A stretch of DNA of 63,188 nt, filler included, from Octopus bimaculoides (taxonomy: Eukaryota), in NCBI RefSeq assembly GCF_001194135.2. It is 5 parts of 5 records of this genome, joined end to end, with 100 filler letters (N's around TTAATTAATTAA, not from the genome) between each part and the next. Parts side by side here need not be neighbours in the genome. Positions count along the whole stretch, not along the records: positions 40,817 to 61,069 come from NC_068994.1; positions 61,170 to 63,188 come from NW_026354764.1; 3 more parts are not named here. The stretch is one strand, 5' to 3'. The notes under the pieces were generated by a model that made no database searches, was not told the origin of the DNA, and saw only the letters and a program-made list of their open reading frames with translations. The position numbers and the translations under genes are program-made. Below are positions 50,611-63,188 of this stretch, piece by piece (the stretch's first letter is position 1; every line of letters begins with the position of its first letter).

Positions 50611-51603
50611 TGAAGTGAGGGAGAGGATGGGCGGGAGGAAGAGACAGAAAAAAGAGTGGGAGCAGGAGGTTGCAGAGAAAGGGAGTGAGAGAGAGAGAGA
50701 AAGAGGCAGACAGACAAACAGACAGACAACCAGACAGTCTGACAGACAGACAACCGATCGACACATTAACTGATTGATAGACAAACAGATGGGAAGACAA
50801 TGAAGAACAGAAAAAAACGAAGATTAATCGATTTCAATATGTGACTGATACTTTACCTATCGATCCCAGAAGAATGAAAAGTAAAGATTGAATTTAAGTT
50901 AAATTTTCGTGTGGTATTTTACATTTACTCTTTTATTTGTTATATTTATTCTATAATTTTTCTTTTCAATATTTTTCACCTTTTGCGTGAATCATTAAGA
51001 AACATTTTCTTGTCATTATATCTTACTTCGTTTGGTGTTTCAAANNNNNNNNNNNNNNNNNNNNNNNNNNNNNNNNNNNNNNNNNNNNNNNNNNNNNNNN
51101 NNNNNNNNNNNNNNNNNNNNNNNNNNNNNNNNNNNNNNNNNNNNNNNNNNNNNNNNNNNNNNNNNNNNNNNNNNNNNNNNNNNNNNNNNNNNNNNNNNNN
51201 NNNNNNNNNNNNNNNNNNNNNNNNNNNNNNNNNNNNNNNNNNNNNNNNNNNNNNNNNNNNNNNNNNNNNNNNNNNNNNNNNNNNNNNNNNNNNNNNNNNN
51301 NNNNNNNNNNNNNNNNNNNNNNNNNNNNNNNNNNNNNNNNNNNNNNNNNNNNNNNNNNNNNNNNNNNNNNNNNNNNNNNNNNNNNNNNNNNNNNNNNNNN
51401 NNNNNNNNNNNNNNNNNNNNNNNNNNNNNNNNNNNNNNNNNNNNNNNNNNNNNNNNNNNNNNNNNNNNNNNNNNNNNNNNNNNNNNNNNNNNNNNNNNNN
51501 NNNNNNNNNNNNNNNNNNNNNNNNNNNNNNNNNNNNNNNNNNNNNNNNNNNNNNNNNNNNNNNNNNAGAGAGAGAGAGAGAGAGATGCATGTAAATGTAT
51601 ACG

Positions 51604-51640
<37 letters not shown>

Positions 51641-52200
51641 GCATATATATACATACATACAAACATACATACACAAATACATACATACATATATATAGAG
51701 ATAGATAGATTGATTTGCATGTAATTGTATATACATAACTCACACATATGCACACGCACCCATATACAAAGAGCGAGGGAAAGAGAGGGAGAGAAAGTTG
51801 AGAGAGAAAGAGAGAGAGTGAACCGCAATGGTTAAAAAGAGAACCGTTTAGGTTAGAAAGCTAACATGGAGTATGTGCGTGTGTGTGTGCTTGTGTGCAT
51901 GTGTGTGTGCGTGCGTGTGTGGATGAGGATCGGACCTCAAACGCATGGAAAGCAGGGGGGTGAAAGGGGGAGTTGGTGTGGTGAGGTGGGAGGTATTTTA
52001 CACTACATTGATTATAGACTCCCCCCTCACTTCATCTCACGCTTCATCCATTCTCCTTTTCCTCTTCCCTTTCTTTCTATTTCACCTCACACCACACCAC
52101 TCTATCTCCCATGTTTCACCAACACACATCAACTAGTCTCTGTTCTCCTTTTCGATTTTTCACGTAAGCCAAAGGTTCTATCAATTATATATATATATAC

Positions 52201-52235
<35 letters not shown>

Positions 52236-52467
52236 NNNNNNNNNNNNNNNNNNNNNNNNNNNNNNNNNNNNNNNNNNNNNNNNNNNNNNNNNNNNNNNNN
52301 NNNNNNNNNNNNNNNNNNNNNNNNNNNNNNNNNNNNNNNNNNNNNNNNNNNNNNNNNNNNNNNNNNNNNNNNNNNNNNNNNNNNNNNNNNNNNNNNNNNN
52401 NNNNNNNNNNNNNNNNNNNNNNNNNNNNNNNNNNNNNNNNNNNNNNNNNNNNNNNNNNNNNNNNNNN

Positions 52468-52500
<33 letters not shown>

Positions 52501-52902
52501 ATACATATATATATGTATATATATGTATGCATGTATGCAATACTACTGCAAATGTTATTGTACACATTCTGTTTCCAGTTCATGCTACTTCCATATTGTC
52601 TGTGCGCACTCGCGCGCTGGTACATGTCTACACATGCACAGAGACACATAGTCGTATGTATACGCAAGCGTGTATGTATGTATGTGTGTGTGTAAGAACG
52701 TGCACGTTTACGCATGAATTTGTTTGTGTGTGTGTGCGTGTATGCGTGTGTGCGTGCGTGCGCATGAGTGTACGTGAGTACACCTGTGCACGGGTATGCG
52801 TGTATTTAAACATCATAAAACTTCTCTGTCAGTTAAATAATAATAATAATAACAATAATGATAATAATAATAACAACAACAACAACAATAATAATAATAA
52901 TT

Positions 52903-53170
52903 ATCGACCAGACAGTCATTAAAGACAGGGAAGAAAATACTTGTAGACTAATAGATGTAAGTGTTCCCACTGATAAAAATATATCTGTAAAGGAATTTGA
53001 CAAATTAAGTAAATATAAGGACCTGGAAATTGAAATGCAGAAGATGTGGCATCCTAAAGCAAGAGCTGTTCTTGTTATTGTGGGTGCCCTAGGTATGATA
53101 AGAAATGGATGTCAGAAGCATATAGATAATATCCCAGGAGAACCATGTATCAGAGAAATCCAAAATAAAT
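52903..53170 (+). mobile_element. R4/Dong-clade RLE fragment, same subfamily as 31155-31810
   Basis: RPD then (after a frameshift) VIKDREENTCRLIDVSVPTDKNISVKEFDKLSKYKDLEIEMQKMWHPKARAVLVIVGALG, preceded by (AAT/AAC)n. Confidence 0.88.
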
Positions 53171-53567
53171 TTGTACAAACAATAGAGTCAAGCAACGTTT
53201 TATTATTCTACATTGTAAAATATTAAAACATTCTATAAAATAAGCACAGATTTGTTAGGTGCGTTATTTTTATGGCCTTTGAGACAAAGAGAGGTATCCT
53301 GTAGCTGAAAAACTCGACGTGATACAGAAAAATTGTGGTCATTTTTGGATTTAGAGGCCAACAGTTCGTGAAAAACAAGTGTCAGGTATAACTCAACGAA
53401 AATTGTGTTCCCTAGTGGAATAAATGTTCAGGGTTCAGTCCCACAGTGTGCAACCTTGAGCAAGTATCTTCTACAATAGCACCAACCTTCCAAAGCCTTG
53501 TGAGTGGATTTGATAGACGGAAACTGAAAAAAGCCATCGCGTATACATACATATATGCATACATATA

Positions 53568-54221
53568 CAGGCTGACCCAAAAGTAGGTTCACAGTTATTC
53601 AACTACCTTTTTCACATTCATATATTCTTTTACTTGTTTAAGTCATTTTACTGTGGCCATGCTGGAGCACCGCCTTTAGTCGAGTAAAACGACCCCTGGA
53701 CTTATTCTTTGTAAGCCTAGTACTTATTCTATCAGTCTCTTTTGCCGAACCGCTAGGTTACGGGGACGTAAACACACCAGCATCGGTTGTCAAGCGATGT
53801 TGGTGTGGGGGAGGGGCAAACACAGACACACAAACATATACACACACATACATATATATATATAAACATATATATGACGGGCTTCTTTCAGTTTCCGTCT
53901 ACTAAATCCACTCACAAGGCTTTGGTCGGCCCGAGGCTATAGTAGAAGACACTTGCCCAAGGTGCCACACAGTGGGACTGAACCCGGAACCATGTGGTTG
54001 GTAAGCAAGCTACTTACCACACAGCCATTCCTACGCCTACATATTAACAGTTTAGATTTTAATTATAAAAAAATATGAATCCGTTATTCTATGCTAATTT
54101 AGTTAGCTTTGTCCAGCTCTCTTTTCAGTTTGCAAGATAGAAATTTAAATGCAATGAAATATTTGAAAAGTAATTTGAAGTGCCTACGTGGTAACTGTAA
54201 ACCTACTTTTGGGCCACCCCG
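53568..54221. mobile_element. TA-flanked Tc1/mariner-type MITE containing a SINE insertion
   Basis: Left TIR CAGGCTGACCCAAAAGTAGGTTCACAGTTA; right TIR (reverse complement) CGGGGTGGCCCAAAAGTAGGTTTACAGTTA; TA on both sides. Confidence 0.85.
53630..54037 (-). mobile_element. SINE family A, full length, nested in a MITE
   Basis: High identity to 15689-16110; lies between the TIRs of 53568-54221. Confidence 0.9.
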
Positions 54222-54439
54222 TATATATGTGTGTGTGTGTGCATGTTTGTGTGTGCGTATTGTGTTTATGTGCTTGCCTCCACCTCCGAGAAAGAGACCG
54301 ACAGAATAAGCATCGGGCTCTAAAACAGGAAATGATAAGTACTCGAATGGATTCGTTAGCCTAAAGCTCTCCAAAGCAAAGCTCTGTGATACCCATAGTC
54401 CAAAGACTGAAATAAATAAATAAATAAAATATAAATGGT

Positions 54440-54596
54440 GCAGGAGTGGCTGTGTGGTAAGTAGCTTGGTTCCGGGTTCAGTTCCACTGCGTGGCACCTT
54501 GGGCAAGTGTCTCCTACTATACCTTCGGGCCGACCAAAGCCTTATGAGTGGATTTGGTAGACGGAAACTGAAAGAAGCCCGTCGTATATATGTATA
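54440..54596 (+). mobile_element. SINE family A head, truncated by a gap
   Basis: GGAGTGGCTGTGTGGTAAG...GGCACCTTGGGCAAGTGTCT...GAAAGAAGCCCGTCG. Confidence 0.85.
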
Positions 54597-56059
54597 NNNN
54601 NNNNNNNNNNNNNNNNNNNNNNNNNNNNNNNNNNNNNNNNNNNNNNNNNNNNNNNNNNNNNNNNNNNNNNNNNNNNNNNNNNNNNNNNNNNNNNNNNNNN
54701 NNNNNNNNNNNNNNNNNNNNNNNNNNNNNNNNNNNNNNNNNNNNNNNNNNNNNNNNNNNNNNNNNNNNNNNNNNNNNNNNNNNNNNNNNNNNNNNNNNNN
54801 NNNNNNNNNNNNNNNNNNNNNNNNNNNNNNNNNNNNNNNNNNNNNNNNNNNNNNNNNNNNNNNNNNNNNNNNNNNNNNNNNNNNNNNNNNNNNNNNNNNN
54901 NNNNNNNNNNNNNNNNNNNNNNNNNNNNNNNNNNNNNNNNNNNNNNNNNNNNNNNNNNNNNNNNNNNNNNNNNNNNNNNNNNNNNNNNNNNNNNNNNNNN
55001 NNNNNNNNNNNNNNNNNNNNNNNNNNNNNNNNNNNNNNNNNNNNNNNNNNNNNNNNNNNNNNNNNNNNNNNNNNNNNNNNNNNNNNNNNNNNNNNNNNNN
55101 NNNNNNNNNNNNNNNNNNNNNNNNNNNNNNNNNNNNNNNNNNNNNNNNNNNNNNNNNNNNNNNNNNNNNNNNNNNNNNNNNNNNNNNNNNNNNNNNNNNN
55201 NNNNNNNNNNNNNNNNNNNNNNNNNNNNNNNNNNNNNNNNNNNNNNNNNNNNNNNNNNNNNNNNNNNNNNNNNNNNNNNNNNNNNNNNNNNNNNNNNNNN
55301 NNNNNNNNNNNNNNNNNNNNNNNNNNNNNNNNNNNNNNNNNNNNNNNNNNNNNNNNNNNNNNNNNNNNNNNNNNNNNNNNNNNNNNNNNNNNNNNNNNNN
55401 NNNNNNNNNNNNNNNNNNNNNNNNNNNNNNNNNNNNNNNNNNNNNNNNNNNNNNNNNNNNNNNNNNNNNNNNNNNNNNNNNNNNNNNNNNNNNNNNNNNN
55501 NNNNNNNNNNNNNNNNNNNNNNTATATATATATATATATATATATTTGCATAGCGACTAAAGAGCTGAGAGTTTCGTACATCAGCACTTAAACTAATAAA
55601 TACCAATGTAGGAAACTGTACCCTCTGCTGGTTAGTCATAACACACACAGACACAAACACAAGCAAAAACACGTACATGCATACATGTATGTGTATATAT
55701 ACGCATGCACGCACACTCGTGAACACACACACTCACACGCACACACGTGTACACATACACGCACATACACACACACAAACGTACACATGCTGAAGTATAA
55801 AGTCGATCCGATATTAAACTAAGCTGAAGGTCGACCCAGTTTTCTATAACAACTATTCCTTCCATATATTCTGGCTTTGTGCCTTACAGACCAATCGATT
55901 GCATTCGCTTCCTTCTGTCGTTTCACCGTTCTGCTGCAACGGGGGAATTGTAAAGCCTTTCTCCCAGAGGACCGATTTTACAGCTCTTGGATTGGAGAAT
56001 GAAAGGTTGGACTGTCTGTGGCATTGTGGGCATTCTGGTGTTGACACGATATCTATGAT

Positions 56060-56308
56060 GCATCCCATAGACAGCTGCACTGTCCTCAGGTTGACACCCA
56101 ATCATTCTGAAATGTAAGTATTGGAGATTCCAGCGAGAATGCCAAACAGTACAGCATGTCATTTCCAAATTTCTGGCAGAGTGAATTGTGCCATATTGCT
56201 ATTTTTCTCACAGGCGGTGCCCAACTGACGCTACTAAACTGTGTAGCCAACAAAATCAAAAACAAACAAAGCGCATGCGCGAAATTAAAACTAGAAATGG
56301 TGACACCC

Positions 56309-56310
<2 letters not shown>
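56060..56310 (-). mobile_element. 5' fragment of the same maT family
   Basis: Minus strand gtcagttgggcaccgcctgtgagaaaaatagcaatATGGCACAATTCACTCTGCCAGAAATTTGGAAATGACAT matches 25690-25845. It ends in GGGTGTCACC next to a (TA)n tract. Confidence 0.85.
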
Positions 56311-56377
<67 letters not shown>

Positions 56378-56635
56378 NNNNNNNNNNNNNNNNNNNNNNN
56401 NNNNNNNNNNNNNNNNNNNNNNNNNNNNNNNNNNNNNNNNNNNNNNNNNNNNNNNNNNNNNNNNNNNNNNNNNNNNNNNNNNNNNNNNNNNNNNNNNNNN
56501 NNNNNNNNNNNNNNNNNNNNNNNNNNNNNNNNNNNNNNNNNNNNNNNNNNNNNNNNNNNNNNNNNNNNNNNNNNNNNNNNNNNNNNNNNNNNNNNNNNNN
56601 NNNNNNNNNNNNNNNNNNNNNNNNNNNNNNNNNNN

Positions 56636-56699
<64 letters not shown>

Positions 56700-57104
56700 G
56701 ATAGATAGATAGGACACTAGATGGCAAAATCAGTAGAGTGTTGGACAAATAATATTGCGGTATGTGTTCCAACATTTTAATTTCTGATTTCAAATTCACC
56801 CACATTAACTTAGCCTTTCATCTTTCTGAGACTGATAAAATAAAGTACGTCCAGTACTCGAGTGAGATGGTATCGACTAACTCGCCAACCTGAAAACTGC
56901 TGGCGTATGCCAAAATTAGAAACAGCTATTGTTGTTGTTTGCATTACGGTGGTTTGTTGGCAGAGCCGTTAGAGAGTCAGATGAAATGTCTTATAGTATT
57001 TGTCCTGGTACTTTACATTTTGAGTTCAGTCGCCAACCTATATCAACTTTTCTTTAATCCTTTTGGCGTCGATTTAAATGAATATGCTATTACCATTACT
57101 AGAG

Positions 57105-57480
57105 ACGCACGTACGGCTGAGTGGTTAAGGAGCTTGCTTAACAACCACTTAGTTTCGGGTTCAGTCCCTCTGCGTGGCCACTTGGGAAAGTGTCTTTCAC
57201 TATAGCCCTGGGTCAACCAATTCTCTGTGAGTGAATTTGGTAGACGGAAACTGTGTGGAAGCCTTATTTTATATGTATGTGTTTGTGTGTTTGTATTTGT
57301 CTCCCACGTCGCTTGACAACTGGTTTTGGTTTGTTTATTTCCTCTTAACATAGCGGTTCGGCAAAATTAACCGATGATATAAATACCAAATTTAAGAAAG
57401 TACTGAGGTGACTATGTTCCATTAAGCCCTTTAAGGTGGTTCCCAAACTCAGCTGCAGTCCGGTTAATGAAATAAGTTAA
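57105..57480 (+). mobile_element. SINE family A, older diverged copy
   Basis: GGCTGAGTGGTTAAG...GGGTTCAGTCCC...CACTTGGGAAAGTGTCT...GCGGTTCGGCAAAA. Confidence 0.72.
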
Positions 57481-59983
57481 AGGTAATAGAGAAACGGATA
57501 TCATCATTATTATCATTATTACTAGATTACAGGTACATGCGTCCAGCACACCTCGTAGATATATCCCTGTTTATTTCCTGCGCCATAAGTTCATCAGCTT
57601 TTACTATTCACTGTCCTTCAGAATTTTTACCATTATTTGGGGGCAGTGTCCACGGTTTCTCGTCCTATGCATCTGTTATGACAGTCTACATCAAATAGAT
57701 CAGTTCGTTAATTTTCGTGATAGATGTATGTGTCAGCAATGAAAATGGGTTGTTAAAGAAATCGAAATTCGCTGCCGAAATTGTGGTGTAAATTCAGCAA
57801 GTTGACTACAACTGTGTCCTGACTATGGGTGAGTTACCAGACAAACGATGTATATATACCTAATAATTTGTGAAAGAAACAGTGTTAATGACATTGCAAC
57901 CGGCATTTTAACGAATTAGGCAGCTGCTCGCTTTATTGTGTTTTCGTCAGTCAGCCCACTTACAGATAAAAACAAGTTTTTAATATAACCACCAAGACTT
58001 GAATGGTCAGCTGCTTGCTGATGCCATAATTTCCTGACAAAATCCTGTTATGGGGTTTACACATGCTTTCCTTCCGAATTTAGTGATTTGAGTTGAATAC
58101 CTAGGCAGTTAGTTGGTTCTTAAAACCCTGCCAGTATTCCAGCTACATAGCCATTCTTAGGTGATAATTTGGCTAAAGTGAGATATATACAAGTACCTCA
58201 AACAATTCAACCATCTTCTTACTAATTATCTGAAGGAAATCCTCGTTGACCAATTACTCTTCGATCACTTTCTGCATCCAACTGACGTCAGGACGTCAGG
58301 AGTTTCCATCCATATGCAGCACCCCTCAAGGGACTTGGCCAGGGACCAAAATGTTATGGTCTTGTGCCCAAATAAGAAGTAATAAATAGTATTTGCATTA
58401 TGAAGTGCAGGGAGTTTGGCATATACAATATTATACCTTACATTATTTAAATCTATTATTTTTAGGTTTATGCTCAAATCACTCCCTCCCCTAAAGCTAA
58501 GTTTACTTTCCATCACCTACAAGCTGCATACATAATGTTAGAAAATGTATTGGTATATATTTGAGTAGTAAAATCCATTATGCTCGTCATTCTTATAAAA
58601 TAAAGTTTGGATTTTTGCCAACGCAAACAAACCATAATATAAGAACAAATGACAAAGACTGTACTTAGTGGCTAGGCCTGCTAGATATAGCAGTTATTCA
58701 GCCATTATATTTATCAAACTATACCACACTGTCTTAAGAAAAGAAGGGCGCATTGGACAATGTAATCTTAGATATAAAAAGAAAGGACACAGTTTTTAGT
58801 TTTTTTAGACGCTTAGCCACGGGAGGAAGGGTAGTGCTCTGCTTCTCACCAAGGCTTCCGTAACTGATGGAAAGAAGTTATCCATAAACAGATAACCCGA
58901 CATAAATACTCCGTCAAAGGCATCCTTGGACCAGGGATTGATGTTAACTTAGGATGTAGGATTAAATCTGTGTCAAGAACAGAAACAGCCTCTCCAACAG
59001 CTTTTCACAATGATTGTTTTTTTCAAATGAATTTTGCTCACAAGACGTCAACCTGAGATTATCGTAGAAGATATTTGTTTTTGCTTTGGATGCCGTCAAA
59101 TTTGGGGAATGCGTCCGACAGTACGCCACTGCAACCAAGTCTGCACCTTGATCCTTGGTCCCGTCAGTCAGCTGAATTGGGGATTAAAATCCGGCAAAAG
59201 ACAATAAACAATATTTTGTTAAGGTTATTTCTACAGATATCCTATAGAACTTATAGCTGATTTTTGCTACAACGTTTCGTATCGAGACGTCAGATGTAAA
59301 CAATGTGATCGAAGACAAAAGTGGGTAATAAGTGCGTTGTTGCCCCTTCTTAAAGATTTGTAGGTACGTGGCACTTCGTTATGCAAGCACAATACACTAT
59401 AAGGTATACTAAATGTTTTCATAAATCAAATCTCACTAGAATTATACTCTACTATCTTTAAAACGAAGGAGGTAGTTGGAAGATGTAGTCCATGATGCGA
59501 AATGTTCCGAGAAAATAAACAGACAGGATGAACTCTAGTTGAACGCCTTTGATCATTAACTGTTTCCTTATAGCTGACCTGGGGTTAAACAACAACACAT
59601 ATGTATGTGTTTACTTGAGCAGTATATATTTGAGTGTGTGTGTGTGTATGTGTTTGTATGTTTACATGCACTCATGTCCATTCACTCGTAAAAGTGATCC
59701 AATGTAACAGCGTCTACTAGCTTACAGACATATACAAGTACAAGCTTACACACACACACACACATGTACATACATACATGCATACATACAAGCATGCATG
59801 CAAGCACGCATACATTTATAAACACATTACATACACGAGGCCAACAAAAGTATATTAAAGCTTATGTATATTCATCCAACATGCACAGAAATACCAACCC
59901 ACAATAAAAACAACAAAGACATTACATATTTTTGAATGGATATGTTTTCATGCGCTTCTCTGATTTATTTTTGTTACTTGCAG

Positions 59984-60080
59984 AGTAACGTGGAGGGAAA
60001 AAATTCGCTGAACACAAAAACGAATTGAATGAAAAAAAAGAATGAAGGAATCGATTTTGAAATCATTTGATTAGCTATTG
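59984..60080 (+). other. Candidate non-coding (5' UTR or lncRNA) exon
   Basis: Acceptor TTTATTTTTGTTACTTGCAG with an upstream CTGAT branch-like motif, donor G|GTGAGT at 60081, all three frames blocked. Confidence 0.35.
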
Positions 60081-60842
60081 GTGAGTGGCTGTTGATTTTT
60101 TAAATCAAATTAACGTTAATATCTATCACATGGCGCTAGCATTCCTTCTGGCAGACGACGATATCAAGTCCGTAACATGTACGCTTTAAACATTGATTCT
60201 CGCAGTCAGTAGAAGCTAGTTTCATTCTTTCTTTCGCTCTTCCTTTGCTGCTCACAGGCATTTTTCCTCCTCTCTGTTCCCGCTTCCTGCTCTCTTTCTG
60301 ATTTTATTTTTTTCACATGTAGACCAAATATCTCTACTGGCTAGTAACCATACGTTACACACACGTGTGTGTGTGTGTGTGTGTGAGTGTGTGTGTACGC
60401 ACGTATACAAACACACACATATAGATTATAAGCATGCTCTAACACAAACATATATGCGCATACATGCATGTAAATAGTCAATATAAATGCACAGACGTAC
60501 ATGTAATATGATATACATGCGTTTATGTATACATGTCTGCATGTATGTATGTATATATGTATGTATGTGCACAACTATAAATGTGTGTGTGTACATGCAT
60601 GTATGTATATATAAGACAAGGTATAAATAACAGTCATTACATATTTTCCTTTATAGTAGTAAATTTGACTGACAGCTGTTTCCAGTCGTCATTATAGGTT
60701 CGTTAAATAATGGGAGGTTTACTCAGTGATCGGTTGAGAAAAACCGAATGACCTAAACAATGCATGCTACTTTCGTCAGAGTCATTTCTGGTTATAGATA
60801 TGTTACGGATCGTAAAATAGGAAGATAAATCGCCAGCTGGCT

Positions 60843-60903
60843 GCTTAGTTAGTTAGTTAGTTAGTTAGATAGATAGATAGATAGATAGATAGACAGACAG
60901 ACT

Positions 60904-60963
<60 letters not shown>

Positions 60964-60980
60964 TAGACAGACAGATAGAC

Positions 60981-61019
<39 letters not shown>

Positions 61020-61024
61020 CAGAC

Positions 61025-61063
<39 letters not shown>

Positions 61064-61069
61064 CAGACA
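60843..61069. repeat. Compound (TTAG)n(ATAG)n(ACAG)n tetranucleotide microsatellite
   Basis: Directly visible. Confidence 0.95.
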
Positions 61070-61169
61070 NNNNNNNNNNNNNNNNNNNNNNNNNNNNNNN
61101 NNNNNNNNNNNNNTTAATTAATTAANNNNNNNNNNNNNNNNNNNNNNNNNNNNNNNNNNNNNNNNNNNN

Positions 61170-61232
<63 letters not shown>

Positions 61233-61771
61233 TAAACAAAAAAGATAAGCAACAGCAGATAAATAACAAGTAATGAAATGATGTTGATGACAACAAGATT
61301 AGTAATATAAAACAACAACAACAACAACAATAACAGCAATAACTGCTTTGGCAATAATATAGCAAACGAACTATCAACGCTGACAATAACAACAATAATG
61401 GCGTTTGCAATAGCCGTATTGGAATTAGCGACAGAAATCGCATTAGAAACACAAGCAACGTCAACTGTAATAATAATATCGGAGCGACAACACCCACGAT
61501 ACATATTGCTATTGCACACAAAAGAACAGTCAGTAGCAACATCTACAATAATAACAGCCACAGCAACATCTTCATCATCAGCAGCAGCAATACGAGAGCG
61601 AGAGTGTGATCGTGCAATTTGAGAGCGGCACTCTCTAGTGGCCGCTTGAGCCGCTAAAACAAAATAAAGGACAACAACAAAAAAAAAAAAGACAAAGATG
61701 GCACATTAGGTTTCTTCGAAAAAGGGTGGAGGCGAATGGGTAACGAATAAAACAACATAAATACTTTCACA

Positions 61772-61835
<64 letters not shown>

Positions 61836-62626
61836 NNNNNNNNNNNNNNNNNNNNNNNNNNNNNNNNNNNNNNNNNNNNNNNNNNNNNNNNNNNNNNNNN
61901 NNNNNNNNNNNNNNNNNNNNNNNNNNNNNNNNNNNNNNNNNNNNNNNNNNNNNNNNNNNNNNNNNNNNNNNNNNNNNNNNNNNNNNNNNNNNNNNNNNNN
62001 NNNNNNNNNNNNNNNNNNNNNNNNNNNNNNNNNNNNNNNNNNNNNNNNNNNNNNNNNNNNNNNNNNNNNNNNNNNNNNNNNNNNNNNNNNNNNNNNNNNN
62101 NNNNNNNNNNNNNNNNNNNNNNNNNNNNNNNNNNNNNNNNNNNNNNNNNNNNNNNNNNNNNNNNNNNNNNNNNNNNNNNNNNNNNNNNNNNNNNNNNNNN
62201 NNNNNNNNNNNNNNNNNNNNNNNNNNNNNNNNNNNNNNNNNNNNNNNNNNNNNNNNNNNNNNNNNNNNNNNNNNNNNNNNNNNNNNNNNNNNNNNNNNNN
62301 NNNNNNNNNNNNNNNNNNNNNNNNNNNNNNNNNNNNNNNNNNNNNNNNNNNNNNNNNNNNNNNNNNNNNNNNNNNNNNNNNNNNNNNNNNNNNNNNNNNN
62401 NNNNNNNNNNNNNNNNNNNNNNNNNNNNNNNNNNNNNNNNNNNNNNNNNNNNNNNNNNNNNNNNNNNNNNNNNNNNNNNNNNNNNNNNNNNNNNNNNNNN
62501 NNNNNNNNNNNNNNNNNNNGCATATGTATATATATATATACATACACAGATACACACATATATATATATATTATTATTATTAATTTATTAATAAATTGAT
62601 AATCCTTTACCCTTTTAATTGTAATA

Positions 62627-62692
<66 letters not shown>

Positions 62693-62700
62693 ATATATAC

Positions 62701-62746
<46 letters not shown>

Positions 62747-62841
62747 TGAGGGAGAGAGGGAGAGAGGGAGAGAGAGAGAAATAGACAGACAAATAGGCAG
62801 ACACATAGAGACAGACAAACAAAGGAATATATAGGTAGATG

Positions 62842-62904
<63 letters not shown>

Positions 62905-63085
62905 TCTTTTTTTTCTTGTTTCAGTCATTTGACTGTGGCCATGCTGGAGCACCACCTTTAGTCGAGCAAATCGACCCCAGAACTTATTCTTCACAAGCCT
63001 AGTACTTATTCTATTGGTCTCTTTTGCCGAACCATTAATTTACGGGGACGTAAACACACCAACATCGGTTGTCAAAGCGATGATG
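62905..63085 (-). mobile_element. SINE family A 3' module (further partial copies at about 4130-4310, 12700-12865, 21545-21725, 24300-24440, 29365-29524, 53430-53545)
   Basis: TTTCAGTCATTTGACTGTGGCCATGCTGGAGCACC...AAGCCTAGTACTTATTCTAT, repeated throughout the window. Confidence 0.85.
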
Positions 63086-63188
63086 GTGGGGACACGCAAA
63101 CATTCACATTAATACGATTAATGTAAAGTAACGGTGACGAAAATTAACACCAAATATATAGTGCGTGTGTTTTTATTGGCTAAACTGG

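Noticed and set aside
54454-55732. Long ORFs spanning N runs (also at 5.2-6.2, 9.3-10.2, 19.4-20.1, 41.2-42.2, 50.9-51.8 and 61.6-63.0 kb)
   Set aside because: They are open only because of N gaps and dinucleotide repeats.
59268-59312. Minus-strand CTGACG...GAAACGTT resembling a hammerhead
   Set aside because: There is no stem II, A9 is missing and stem I is out of register.
61398-61622. 74-aa Ala/Thr/Ile-rich ORF
   Set aside because: It is cryptic AAC/AGC/AAT simplicity, with no recognisable domain or splice support.

Overview
AT-rich, microsatellite-saturated, gappy animal genomic DNA. The repeat landscape suggests an octopod cephalopod, probably Octopus; this is inference. The only host gene I can support is the 3' part of a chitin synthase on the + strand: a 255-nt exon with the GEDRW and QRRRW motifs (24820-25074) and a 1.5-kb terminal exon with the transmembrane helices and WGTRE (27335-28857). 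Its upstream exons are not visible. The rest is mostly mobile DNA: four SINE-like families, several Tc1/mariner relics (DD34D mariner, DD37D maT, Tc1, MITEs), a piggyBac-like MITE trimer, six R4/Dong-clade LINE fragments, a Tx1/L1 fragment and RTE-like relics. The most interesting signal is two unrelated large inverted repeats (30594-31122 and 43263-43550). Each arm carries an outward-facing minimal type I hammerhead ribozyme fold with a palindromic stem III, as in Penelope-like elements. One element fuses a tRNA-type Pol III head to the ribozyme. The other has a U3-A8 variant core. Nearly all long ORFs in the supplied track are microsatellite or N-gap artefacts.
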